A DNA stretch of 64,000 nucleotides from assembly GCA_964252035.1 (NCBI GenBank), contig OZ176202.1; one strand, written 5' to 3'. The DNA comes from Podarcis erhardii. Lineage: Eukaryota. The position numbers were made by a program, and so were the translations under genes. Below the pieces are notes generated by a model that saw nothing but the letters and a program-made list of their open reading frames with translations, searched no databases and had not been told where the DNA came from. Of this stretch, positions 14,501-27,500 are shown one piece after another; positions within the stretch are counted from its first letter, which is position 1; every line of letters begins with the position of its first letter.

Positions 14501-15473
14501 TCCTTTAGACAGCCCAGGGTCACATAGATGGCACTGTGCAGCAACTGTAAAAAATACTATGCAGTGGAAAGAATGGTCATCTAACTCCATCCTAATTCAG
14601 TTCACACAGAATGGTAGCCACCCAATGATACAATTCTGTAAGTTGAGCATGCTACACTTAAGGGCAGACATAATTCCAAGAGGCCAATTTTACACTTATT
14701 TTGCATTTTAAAATTAACAGTATTCTGTTTAATACCTTTGGAGAATACTTCACATCCAGCATTGATTGGCAAGAGAGTTTAAAGGAATATATTTATATAT
14801 ATATGCTGCATTAAATAATGCTGAAAAACATCTCAGGAACAGATCACTAGGATCTATTTCAGAGATTTAACGTCACAATAAATATTTAGCAGCTAAAATG
14901 TTTTGTATGTGTATGTCTAAACCAAACTTATTTTTGTATATTGTGAAAATCTGAAATGAATTGACTTTGCTGTTTACCTTTTTACAATACACATTTTAAA
15001 AACAACTAGGTAGGTCAGGAATATACCTCGGAGAAATCATGTCTCCCTTATATATGGTCATTAAAATCTATTCCTCTATCAAATGAATGCCAATTTTCTG
15101 CTTCTGCTATTAGTCAGAGGATCCAAGTGTCAAAGTTCTTTTGCTTTAGTCTATCCCTTTTATCATAAACAAGATCCAAAGTTAAATTCAAGAAAAGCCT
15201 TTGGAAACAACATGCTTTGGTGCTTATAATTCAAGGGAAATTCATCTGACATGCAACTTCTTAGAAAAATGGGAAATTTTACACATTGAGATACGCTCAT
15301 AATGAAGCCCTGAGGTAACCAACAGAACAGCTTTTTTCCAGGCAACAGCAACACAGCTTCTCTTTATCCCTTTAATCGTCCTTTATAATTTTATGTGGAA
15401 TTTTGAATGCAGAACGGTCTACACAACCTGCCTTGAGGAAGAGACCAGTCCCACTGATGAGTTAGGGGTGGTT

Positions 15474-15586
15474 TTAGGCTAAGCTTTCAGCAGATTGGTC
15501 TAGTTTAGATATAGTCTCTTCTGTTTCAACTGAATTTCCTAGGTCTCCATTTTCATGGCCATCAATACTTGCTTTCTTATCAAACA
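15474..15586 (-). CDS. GOPC: GOPC last coding exon ([17 protein letters not shown]...SAESLA*)
   Basis: Acceptor tctctcttttgcAG; phase 1; HENGDLG motif; TAA at 15476-15474. Confidence 0.88.
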
Positions 15587-18500
15587 CTGCAAAAGAGAGA
15601 AAAGAATGTTTGTAACATTTTATAGTACAGCATCCTAAAGTTTACAAACTGACCCACCCAACAATTTTTGCTGATAAGGAGAAAACATGCACCAATGCTG
15701 CACAGGAAGGCAGAAATTCCAAGACTTCTAGAAATGGACTGTATATAAAACAAGTTAAGAAGAATAGGGACTACTGCAGGCCAAACTACCTTTTCCCCAT
15801 CTACATGTGCTCTTGCAGAGGGTTAGGAATTAATATGGCTCTCCACTTCCCCTCTAACAAGACCTTCCAACTAGTACAGAAACACCACACAAAACAGAAA
15901 ATTCCAGTAACCAGCAAAACAAGGAAGTGCCTACACAATGCAGAGGCACCCCCAAGTTAAGGGTAGGGATTTGGCAAATCCAGATTTTGAAAATTGTACT
16001 GCATTAATCTTTGACCATATGAAATCTTTAAATCACATCACAAAAATAGTCACCAAGAAAGAGGAAAGGAAGAATATACCTACAATTTCAAATCAAGAGC
16101 CTGCTTTATGGGAATATAGGGAAATATGGCAATATTCTGACAAAAATAGCAAAGGAAAACGATGAGCTGCCATTCTGCCCAAGCGTTATATTTGCCAAGA
16201 ACATATATGGTTTAACCTTGCATGTTGTGACACAACTGCATAACTGTCATCCCAATCTAAGGACAGATCATCCTAAGCATATCCAAACAATTGAATCTAA
16301 ATTTACAAAATCAAGTTTTACTTGAAATGTTGTACCTTAGTTATTAAAAAAAACCAACCCAGAACATTTACCTTGCAATTGTTTGACATCTCCACATCCA
16401 GATTTTCTATTAGAAGCAGAGTTTCCACCTTCCTCCAATTCGTCAAGATACAGACGATAACGATGTCCACTCTCATCCTCATATTCTACATTTTCATCAT
16501 CTGAGTCCACTTCTGGAGCAACGTACACAACTTCAAACTCAATTTCCCCTCTCTAGAATACAGAAATGAAGATTATGTTGCTTCTAAGAATGGGCAGTCC
16601 ATTCAGAACACTTAAAATATGAAAACTCAGAACTATAGCTATACAACAGAATAGTAAAAAAAAAAAAATCCTAATATAAAAGAAAAGCCAGATCAAGTCT
16701 TGCAATACATGCCTGCAGAGTATAGTCATCCAGATAATCCTTGCTGAAATAAAAACGTTTGGAAGGACTTTCTGGACACTCTGAAGCAAGGCCCAAAATG
16801 AATGGACTACTGCTCAACTTTAGTTTAATTCTGGATGTGACTTACATGTATGGAAACTGGGTTTGTTTGTTTTTTGAAAATGGCAATACAGACAATTTTA
16901 AGAGTCTCCAAAACATTCATCTGGTGAAACTTGCACTTTCAGTAATTGCAGAAGAAAACTTCACACAGAATGTTTGCCCTACCAGTGGTGGACCTCGGGT
17001 CTCAAATTTAAGTGGTGCCCTGTGTGACGCCCAAATTTGGTGCTCCCCACACCCCTTCTCATGTTCCATTCTAAATCTTAGTTGTGGCAACCCCTGCAGC
17101 GCCCAGTGCAACTGAACCGGTCATGCTCCCCTAAATCTGCCCCAGGCCCTATCTTAGAAACATAGGAAGCTGCCTTACACCAAGTCAAACTACTGGTCCA
17201 TCTAGCTCAGCCTTGTCTACACTGAATGGCAGGGGCTCTCCAGGGTTTCAGAGAAGGAATCTTTCCGAACCTTGTCGGGAGATGCCAAGGACTGAACCTA
17301 GGACCTTCTGTCCTTTGCATGCAAAGTATGTGGCTCCACTACTGAGCATCTGTATGCTGCCCAGTAATTAATAAACCTTTCCTCTTAGTGCTTGTGTTCA
17401 GACACACACAGTCATAGAGCTGAAATGGAGAAATGTCAGGAGGCCCTGCGCCAAATTATCGGCCAAACCCCACTAAATGTATATATGCATATTAACAGTT
17501 CAGTATTCATGATATAAAAATAAAATACCTGCTGCGAAAGAATAGTTACAGCTTCTTTATGTTTGGCATCTCTCAAATTTACACCATTTACTGCCAAAAT
17601 GGCATCTCCAACATGCAGACCTCCACATCGATCAGCAGGCTGACCTGGGTGAATTTCAGAGATGAGGATGGGAACACCATGCTCCTTTCCACCCTATCAC
17701 AATGACATAACACAAGTCAGGAGATTGCCACAATTTCAAAATGAATTATAGCCTAACACTCTGTATGTTCTTCACTGTAGATTTCAAAAGTGTTGAATTC
17801 ATGCTGCTCTTCAACAAATAAGTATTTGCTGCTCTGCGTATTTGATGTATAGCACAGTTTATAATGCATTTGTAGCAGAGATTTCACAAAAGCATAATGA
17901 AAAATGTAAGTTCTTTCAGTTGCATTTATAAGAGAGTTACAAAAGCAAGCATTTGATATAGGTAACATGGGCCAGTGTGACACACAGGAAATATAAAATA
18001 AAATGTTAAGTATCTTGTTAGTAAACACTGAATCCTAGAAAAAGAAAATAAATTCAAATATTACGGTAATTGAAATGCCCAGTCCTTCGTGATCTTCTTT
18101 AACCAATAGAACTTTCCTTATGGGACCAACACCTTGACTCTTCTTTAAAGAATCTGGATCCTAGTTTAAAAAAAAAAAAAAACAGCTATAACAATGCTTT
18201 TTCAAAGTTTTCCAGAGATTCACAGGACACTACTATCACTACAGACAAAATAATCTCTAAATTCAAAATGCTATAGACATTGCTGCTATAAGAAAATCAC
18301 CTTTCTAAAGATTACTTTAGAAAGGAAAACACATGCACCTCAGCCCTATCCAAGATCCGAGTTGATGTGGCACAAGCAAAGGTTTTTCCTACATTGGCTT
18401 CAAGATAAGCAGAATTAAACAAATTTTGGGCACTAAAAAGCAGTTAGAGAAAGCCCTTGTTACAGTTCTGGAAGTCACAGCGATGTTCCAGAAGTTGATG

Positions 18501-21500
18501 GATACAAACTTCCATTTTGATGGGGTTTAAGAGGCTGGAAGAAGTCCCACCACCCTCACTTCCCCTTTCCACAGTACCAGAGCAACATGCCTTATAACTT
18601 CCAGCACCACAAGTGTTTTTAACTGAAAGTTTTTTAGGTTGTTTTGGGGGTCCAGTTTAGGGCCTGAAAGGTTGTAAACAAAAAAGCAATGCATTCCTTT
18701 GTGCCAGCACTATAAACCCCATGTGTTTCACCACCTCTGAGCAACAGGTTGTATGTTCAAGAGCTTGGAAGACTCAGTATGCAGTGCAGAGGACAGGCTG
18801 GGACAGGAAGGACAAAAGTTCAAATCACCACTCAGTCATGAAGCTCACATGCTTATTATATTACAGACACTAAATCTCAGCCCAGCCTACTTACAAGGGT
18901 TATTGCAAAGCTCAAATGGACTATCCTGAGCTTCAGAATTTAAAAGCAGAATGCCTAATAAGATTCTCACATCTATAAATTAAGGGAGCTGTGGATGTAA
19001 ATGCTGTGAACCCTTTCAATATTGAATACCTTTTTTTTATTTACAGCACAATCTTAACTGTGTTTACTCAGAGATAAGTCCTATTGACTTCAAGAAGGAT
19101 TACTCCCAGGTAAATAAAGTAATGACTGCAGCCTATGTCACTAACTAGGATTCACTTAGTCCAAATCCCAATACAGAATATTGTAATTATTCCTTAAGTT
19201 TCATATACAGTTGTACCTTGGAAGTCAAATGGGATCCGTTCCAGAAATCCGTTTGATTTCCAAAATATTTGAAAACCAAATCACAGCTTCTGAAGCTGTG
19301 GAAACCCCATTGGACGTTCAGGTTCCAAAAGAACGTTTGCAAACCGGAACAATCACTTTCGGGTTTGCGGCGTTCAGAAGCCAAAACATCTTGAGTTCCA
19401 GGGTGTTCGACAACCAAGGTACGACTGTATGTACAATTTCAACATTTCTTCCCCTTGACTATTGAGGCGAGTTAGGGGGAAAAAAGAAAAATACACTCTT
19501 TACACGCACTGTGATAAAACAGTGTTGTAATTTAATCTACAAAAAATGAAATTCCTTTTTTCTGCCCCATTGATCTGAGTCATAATAAGAATTTCAGTTT
19601 TGAATGGCAACAGATATATTAATATATCCAATGTCGGCATACATTTAAAGGTACAAACATTATATTGACAAATGTTGAAAACAAGCAGCTTACATGTCCT
19701 GGGGGTACTTGCATGGGTCGCTTTAGATCATTACGACCACGACATGCCCTGATCACAGTTTTATGCCGGTGCAGATGGATTTCAGCTTCCAGCTGGTTCC
19801 AGAGTTTATCATGAGCAGGTCCTTTCATATCTCTGCCTAGTAACTGAATTTGCTGAACCCTACATAATGAGAAAAGAACATGATATGTATGAAGTGAGAG
19901 GTTCAAACTACTCTTTGATTTGCTCTCTCAGTGCCATGTTCTCAAGTCCAATAAAGAGGTAATCAAATGGCTTCACAGTCACTGCAATAATAGGGAAAGA
20001 AAGTGGGGAGGGTGCTGTACCATACTCTTTCATAGCCAAGCTTAAGGTTGCTTCCACATTTGGCATTTACTGTGGAATAGACATGCTTTGTTCACTCACT
20101 TTTTAAGGAGTATTTGCATAATGTCATGAGTAAAACATCCCTCTCACATTTTGCCTGTTCAGCTGCAGACTTTTTTGAGAGCTAAAAAATCCCTCTATGG
20201 CTGAGCTGTGCAATTTTCCCAGGTATAGGTGGCCAAACTGCCACTCTGGCCAGTTAAACTGCTCTTCCTTCTACATGATCCATTTTTCTTCTACAGGAAT
20301 CAAGTCAATCACTTAAAACCTTGGTTCAGATAGCACTGTCTCTGTATCTGTTTCTTCCCCCTTCCCCCTGTATTCATGATCAGGAGTGCAGTGAGGAGGG
20401 AGTATTTAAACCACACATGCAGGTCCCAATGAAAATAACCCCCTTCCAATGTTTCAAGCTCAGGAAAGGGGAATTGTCCACTTTACTACATAAAGTTAGA
20501 ATCTGGGAAGCAGAATTGCTATTCCACTTCCAGCTTGAAGCAGAACTAGAATGATTGCAGAATGCTAAATTGCCCATGTTTGGAAGCAACCCAAGTCCGA
20601 CCTTGTGAATCCCGGTCCTTATCTTCTCCCACTACAGATAGTTTTTATAGCAGTTCAGCACTATCCTGATAAGCTCTTATATTCTACTCTTCCACATCCC
20701 CCATATGGTCCACACAAGTACCCTGAGATCAGGCATGTCAACTCCTAAACAACAATTCTGTCCCAAATGTCCATCGCAAGCTACTGAATTTTTACACACC
20801 TTCCAGCTAGCTCTTTATCTAAATATTTGGCTGCAAGTCTTGCCCCATATACTTCAGCCTGGAGCACAGCTATGTGTCGACGAAGTGCCTCATTTTCCTT
20901 CCGAAGTAGCTTCACTTCAGCTTCAAGTTGAGCTTCTTTCACCTTTTCTTTCTTGTTGGCTTCAAGTTCTCTCTCCTGGCGAAGTAAAACCATGGTTATT
21001 TTAGCCACAAGCTAAACATTCCTATTATGTGGATATGAAAACTGCAAGCATCTTTAGTCTAAGCTTTAATTTCAGAGAAAAAACCATGACACACAACATT
21101 TAGATACAATCTGCGTGTACACATTTACAACGGTTTTGCAAGTGAGTAGAAAAATATTCATGCCACAAAGCATTTTACAAATCTTAATGTTTTACATATC
21201 TAACTGCATCAGAAGGCAATTTGAGGGACAAGTCTGGAAAGCTACATTTGTTCAAGAAGAACTAACTACAATTGAGCTATCATAATGTGAAACTGTTTTT
21301 ATGACACAGCAGCTAATTTAGGATAATACAGCATGGCACTGCTTATTAAAAGAATTGCAAATATGAAGAAGAAAGGCAACTAGTTGGCTAAAATTATGTA
21401 TATTTAAGACATATGGAAAGCATGTTAAATGAACTGATGAAAATAAAATAAGCTTCTTTAAAAATAAAGTGGTTTTTTAAACACACAAACATGATACCCA

Positions 21501-24500
21501 GCACTGCTGTTCCAAGGCATATTTAATTGCCAGGGAACAACACAGAGATAAGACTTAAGGAACTGGGGCTTTTTATTTAGGAAAAAAGGTAGGGAAAGGG
21601 ACAAAGCACGAGAAAACTTTAATAAATATGAATAGTGTAGTAGAGAAAGTAAAGAGAGAATGTATTCCCTCTCTATCCTCCTCATTCCTAATGGACAGAG
21701 TGGATATCACCCAATGTTTACACTACAGAAAGGTACAGGAATGGAGAAGTTTTCCTGTTTATAATAGTAGTAGTAATAATAATAATAATAATAATAATAA
21801 TTTATTATTTGTACCCCACCCATCTGGCTGGGTTTCCCCAGCCACTCTGGGCAGCTTCCATAAAAACCAAAAATACACTAAAATATCACAGATTAAAAAC
21901 TTCCCTGAACAGGGCTGCCTTAAGATGTCTTCTGAATGTCAGGTAGTTATTTATCGCTTTGACATCTGATGGGAGGGCGTTCCACAGGGCGGGCGCCACT
22001 ACCGAGAAGGCCCTCTGCCTGGTTCCCTGTAGCTTTGCTTCTCACAATGAGGGAACCGCCAGAAGGTCCTCGGCGCTGGACCTCAGCGTCCGGGCAGAAC
22101 GATGGGGGTGGAGACGCTCCTTCAGGTATACTGGGCCGAGGCCGTTTAGGGTTTTAAAGGTCAACACCAGCACTTTGAATTCTGCTCGGAAACGTACTGG
22201 GAGCCAATGTAGGTCTTTCAAGACCGGTGTTATGTGGTCTCGGCGGCCACCCCCAGTCAAATTGAAATACACTAGAAAATCCTCACTGAACCTCACAATT
22301 TCTTGTCTATATTCCAATAGGATTTATAAAGGTTTCTAAGTATCTATAAGTTTAAAAATTGCAAGTTAAGTTCATGAACTATTTTCATTTTTAATTTCTG
22401 CACATATATCACGGCAGCCTGGGCAAAAATATGCCAATATGCCATCGGCTTTTGGAATGCAACCACTGAAGGGTAGGTAGGAATAGAATGCTACATAAAT
22501 ATACCATCATGTGACAATTTTTTTAAAAAAAAACATGCTGTTTTACAGGACATATAAGTATTCTTAAAACACTGTGGATTCTGGACAAAAAAAACAGACA
22601 AACATTTTAGGTTTCACTGCACTTTGTGTGATGTTTTGGTTCTTGAACAGCTGACTGCCATGCCATATCACAGCTGATTTTGTTCAAAGCCTGAGTGCAT
22701 CACAGAGTTAGTTGCTTGGATCTCTGGATTGCGATCAAAGTCAGTCTTTAATAACCTGCTACATTTAGACTCAATTCCAAGCTTTACTTCAAAATTCCCA
22801 CATTAGTCATAGCAATCAACAGCAGCAATACAGACATGCATGTTGAGTGGAAAAGAGCATCAAATCTAAAAAGAATACTGAACATAAACAAGGACTTAGC
22901 TAAGAAACTGTGGAAAGGAAAGAATCTAGCAGACATTCACTGGCACTAACTCTCCAAGCTAATATGCGCAGCTCTGCAGAAAACTACTGCACTGCTTTGA
23001 ATTAAACACAGATGAAGACAGCCAGTGAACTTACCATATCCTCCACAGAAGGGGCAGACTTAGGATGAGAGAAAAAAAGTTTAGTAATTAGAAATACTGG
23101 CCAAAAAAAATAATCAAAATTATAGGGCCATACATCGACAAGATTCTCAGTCTAAGCAGTAATCAAATTGTATGATCCATGGTTACAAAGAAGACAATTA
23201 CTATAAATACTTGCTCATTGAAAATGGAATTTCTCTCACACTGTGAAATGGGGAAATGTCTCCAAATAAATAGAAACTGTGATTTTACTAGCAAATAATT
23301 GAAGCCTGCACTGCAACAAGCATTTTTTTTTAAAAAAGAGATGTGAATACTGGTGGGGCAAATTTTAAAAGAAGACTGGTCTGGATATGATCTTTTTTCA
23401 GTTCCTCTTCCTTCTTTTTCATGGGCACAGTCATCATCTGATATGGTTTGAACAAGAACTAGCAGGAACTGAAAAACAAGTATGCCTTTCCAGCTAACAA
23501 TGAGCAGCAGATTTTGTACGTTATCACACCTTTTACATAAACTAAGCATTTCCTACAATACCCTCAAAAAGTTACTGATATTTGTTTCTTGGCAAAATGA
23601 AGATTTATACTTTTCATTGACCATCTAATTTTAAATCAAATAATCAATCACTTCAAATGTATGTCTGGAATTGAGATTGCTACTCAGGTTCATTTATAAG
23701 ACCTGTACTAGCCCACTCGAACTTTTGATTTCTTTAGCCAACCACTGTGTGGGAATAGGATGTTGGACCAGATAGGCTTTTGGTCTGATTCAGCAGGGCT
23801 CTAATGTCCTTATGGTGCTTTTGAAACTCCCCTTGGTTTCAAATTGTAACTTGCTAGGTATATATGTGTTCCTATAAAGGGGAAAGGACTTTGGGCTCAC
23901 AAACCTTATTTCACAGTTCTTAATTCTAAGTGTCTGTCAATAAAAGGCTAAGATACAGTAGCCCAAATTTTGTTGACTCTAGCCATGAATAAAATCTCAT
24001 GCAGCCCCTAGCACACTGGAATTCGACTGACTAGATAGTTCATTAAATACATGACGTGCTACTATAACTGGACAAGCACTTAAAAAGCTCTTATCCAAAT
24101 GTGTGCTACTTGCACGCCTCAATTCCATAATACTGAATTCAATCCACAAAAATAGGAGATGCAAAAATCCTCCTCTAAAAACTTCTAACTATGACAGTGG
24201 AATCCTCTACATCAGGGGTAGGGAATCTTTTTGGCCCAGTGGGCCAGTTCTCTATCTCCTCCACCCCAATGGGGTGGTCAGAGCTACTCATTAGTCATCA
24301 ACGGACATCATAATGACATCAGTTGAGCGATACCTGTCAAAGCTCAGCACTTCCCCAACACCTGGCTATCAGCTGGTTGCCTTGTGCTAGGGAAGCGCTG
24401 AGAACAGGTCTTGGAAAAAGATTTGCACAGCACTTCCCCAATTCCCAAAACGATTGTTGGGCCTTTGGGAAGTGATTCACGAAGCGCTTTGTAATCCCTG

Positions 24501-27500
24501 TTCTCAGCACTTCTCATGCACTTTGTACAATGCTTCGGAAGGATCCAACAACCAGCAGCTTGTCAGACACTTGCATAACAGGTCACAAGCCGTACAGTCC
24601 CTGCAAAGCCCCTTTTGGTCAAGCACCGCCTTTATGTGTTCCACATGTGATTTCATATGTGATGCCCAGTGTAGGGCAGATGGCTTGGCAGGTCAACTAG
24701 ATAGCCTTGGCAGGCCAAATTGGGCTGAGGGGGGGGGGGGGACTCCACTTCATTTTACATCTCTAGCTAATAGATTTAACAGTCTCTTAGGTAGCAAGCC
24801 TAACCATGGCAAGTGACATTCAGATAAACTAGATAAACTGCTTCCTAGATAATACAGAAAGACGGAAGATGAATTCTATGAGCACACATGCATACAAATA
24901 AAATACCGTATTTATTCTAATCTAATGCTCACCTTTTTGGCCGAATTACAGTACATTGGGAAAATTCGATTTACATTCGATTTTCATTCACCAGCAAATA
25001 CTTTTTTTGGTTTAAAGGTTCTGAAAATTGAGGTGTACATTAGATTTGATGGCGCATTAGACTCGAGTAAATACAGTGGTTTGGAGTAACAATTCTGCTG
25101 TAAAAAATAGGTCCTTCCTGTTACTAGTACTCACCAACTTTGCTTTTATTGTCCCCGAGTCAACACTCTGACCAGTTTTTGCATGGAGTTGAAGCTGGAT
25201 GGCATGGAGTTGTAATAGTTGATCGTGCACCTCTTTTTCTAATACTGCTTTTTCAGCCCGTGTTTCTATCAGTTCTGATTTCATGTCCACTAGCTGTGCC
25301 TGGAACATAAGTTATTCAATAGTCCACATGATCAAAAAGTCTATAGAAAAAGATATTTTGACTCTGGATGTTTTCTGTCCTTCAAATTAGTGTAAATCAC
25401 CAGCTTTTAAACCAAAGAAATAACACAGGTTTCTTTACATAGTCACAAAACTGCTTAAGAAGAAGTTTTTTCAATCTGTGCAAGCTTGAATCCTAAACAC
25501 AGACTGAATCAGACTGATTGATCAATAACGGGAACAGAATATTATGGAATAAACTGAAAAAGTGAGAAGATTCCACCCTTTAATAACATGTTAAAATCCT
25601 GTCATACAGGAATAGTGGTCATTTATACACAATGATATTAAGGAACAGACCACCGAGTCATAACATATATGGAATGTTTGGCACAACCAATCAGAAATAT
25701 ATTACATACTGAAAGAGAAAAAGAATGTTTGTGCTCAAGTTCCAAGCAAGTTTGGCAAATCATATTCTAACAGTTAGAATGGTAAAATTCTAAGGTTAAT
25801 GACAGTTAAAGATTTAGCATAACCTCTACCTGATTAATGTGTTTCAGCAATGAAAGACCTCTAGCTGGGAATTCGCTTTTGCTTTCTGCTATGTACAGTG
25901 GTGCCTCGCAAGACAAAATTAATCCGTTCCGTGAGGCTCTTCGTATAGCGGTTTTTTCGTCTTGCGAAGCAAGCCCATTGACAGCTAAGTGATTAGTGCT
26001 ATTAGCGGTTTAGCGGATCAGCTGATAAGCGGCTTAGGGCTTAGGAAAGGGGGGGGAGGGAAAAAACCCCACAGGAACTCGCAAGACATTTTCGTCTTGC
26101 GAAGCAAGCCCATAGGGAAATTCGTTTTGCGAAGCGCCTCCAAAACGGAAAACCCTTTCGTCTAGCGGGTTTTCCGTCTTGCGAGGCGTTCGTCTTGCGG
26201 GGCACCACTGTAAATTGTTTAATATCAGAGGCCTTTTAGTTTATCTAGTAAGCCTTAACATTCAACTGGGCATTAACAGCATACAAATATATGATTCAGT
26301 TAATATCCTGTGATCTTTTAACACAGCTAACAGTAAATTGTTTCCTGCTTGTTTATTCTTACTGGTATGTCAGTCTACAACAGGCTTCCTCAAATTCGGC
26401 CCTCCAGATGTTTTGAGACTACAATTCCCATTATTCCTGACCACTGGTCCTGCTAGCTAGGGATCATGGGAGTTGTAGGCCAAAAACAGCTGGAGGGCTG
26501 AGTTTGAGGAAGCCTGGTCTACAAAACAGTAGTGGATTACCCTACACCTTACTGTGCTTTAGGAAAGCCTGGAGGAATGTAATAGCCTTTACCTTAACTG
26601 TTTATTGATTTTATGGTTATTGCTGAAGGGTGTGAGTGGGTGGAAGACCAACCCCCAAGTACACTAGGCATTGTTAAACTGTAGCATAACACATTTACAA
26701 TTTATCACTGCAAGAAACGAAAGGCTATAGTAGTCTAAACAGTGGTGTGTTATAATTCATGATCACTATTTTCTTTTATGTTGATTACTCTTTCATAGCT
26801 GTAAGAGCTTAGAAAAGACACTCCGCCAATTGCAAACAATAATGACTGAGCAAGTCTTGCTGATATAATTGCCATCTTGCGCAAACATACAGTCTAGATG
26901 TACAATTTGCCAACAGGAAGTCAAATGCTAAAAACTGACTTGTTGCTTACAACTGTTTAGCAAAACTGATCTCCTCTAAACTAAATGGGGGAGAAAGATT
27001 GGACAGCTTTAACAAGATTTATGTGCACATTTCACTACAGGAATCACTAAGATGGTTAAAACTGTATTATTTTAAAATATTTTTTCATCCTACCATTCAA
27101 CTTAAGGGTTTCCAAGGCAACCACATGAACTACAGGGTATAGTAAGTAATGCATTTAGAAGTGCTAGGCTCCGTATGAAAATTGGGAGATTATAATTTGC
27201 CAATAACTGATTCCAGTGAGGGAAAGTGTATTGGGTGTATTGTAAACTTTACTTCTCATTAATATTGATTATTGCTGAAAGTTGTTCTAAAATACAATTT
27301 TTAAGTCAACTTCAAATCCTAGACTTCAACAAACTTTTAATTAGAACATAAACTTACATACAAATAGGGTTTGATCCATCACTTTTTATCTATGGATGTG
27401 TTGCTGATTTGATTCAAACAAGAGAAGGAAGGTACATTTGGAAGAATCAATGCATCAGAAACAGAGTAAGAAATAAAAGACAGCACTGATGTTCTCTAAT

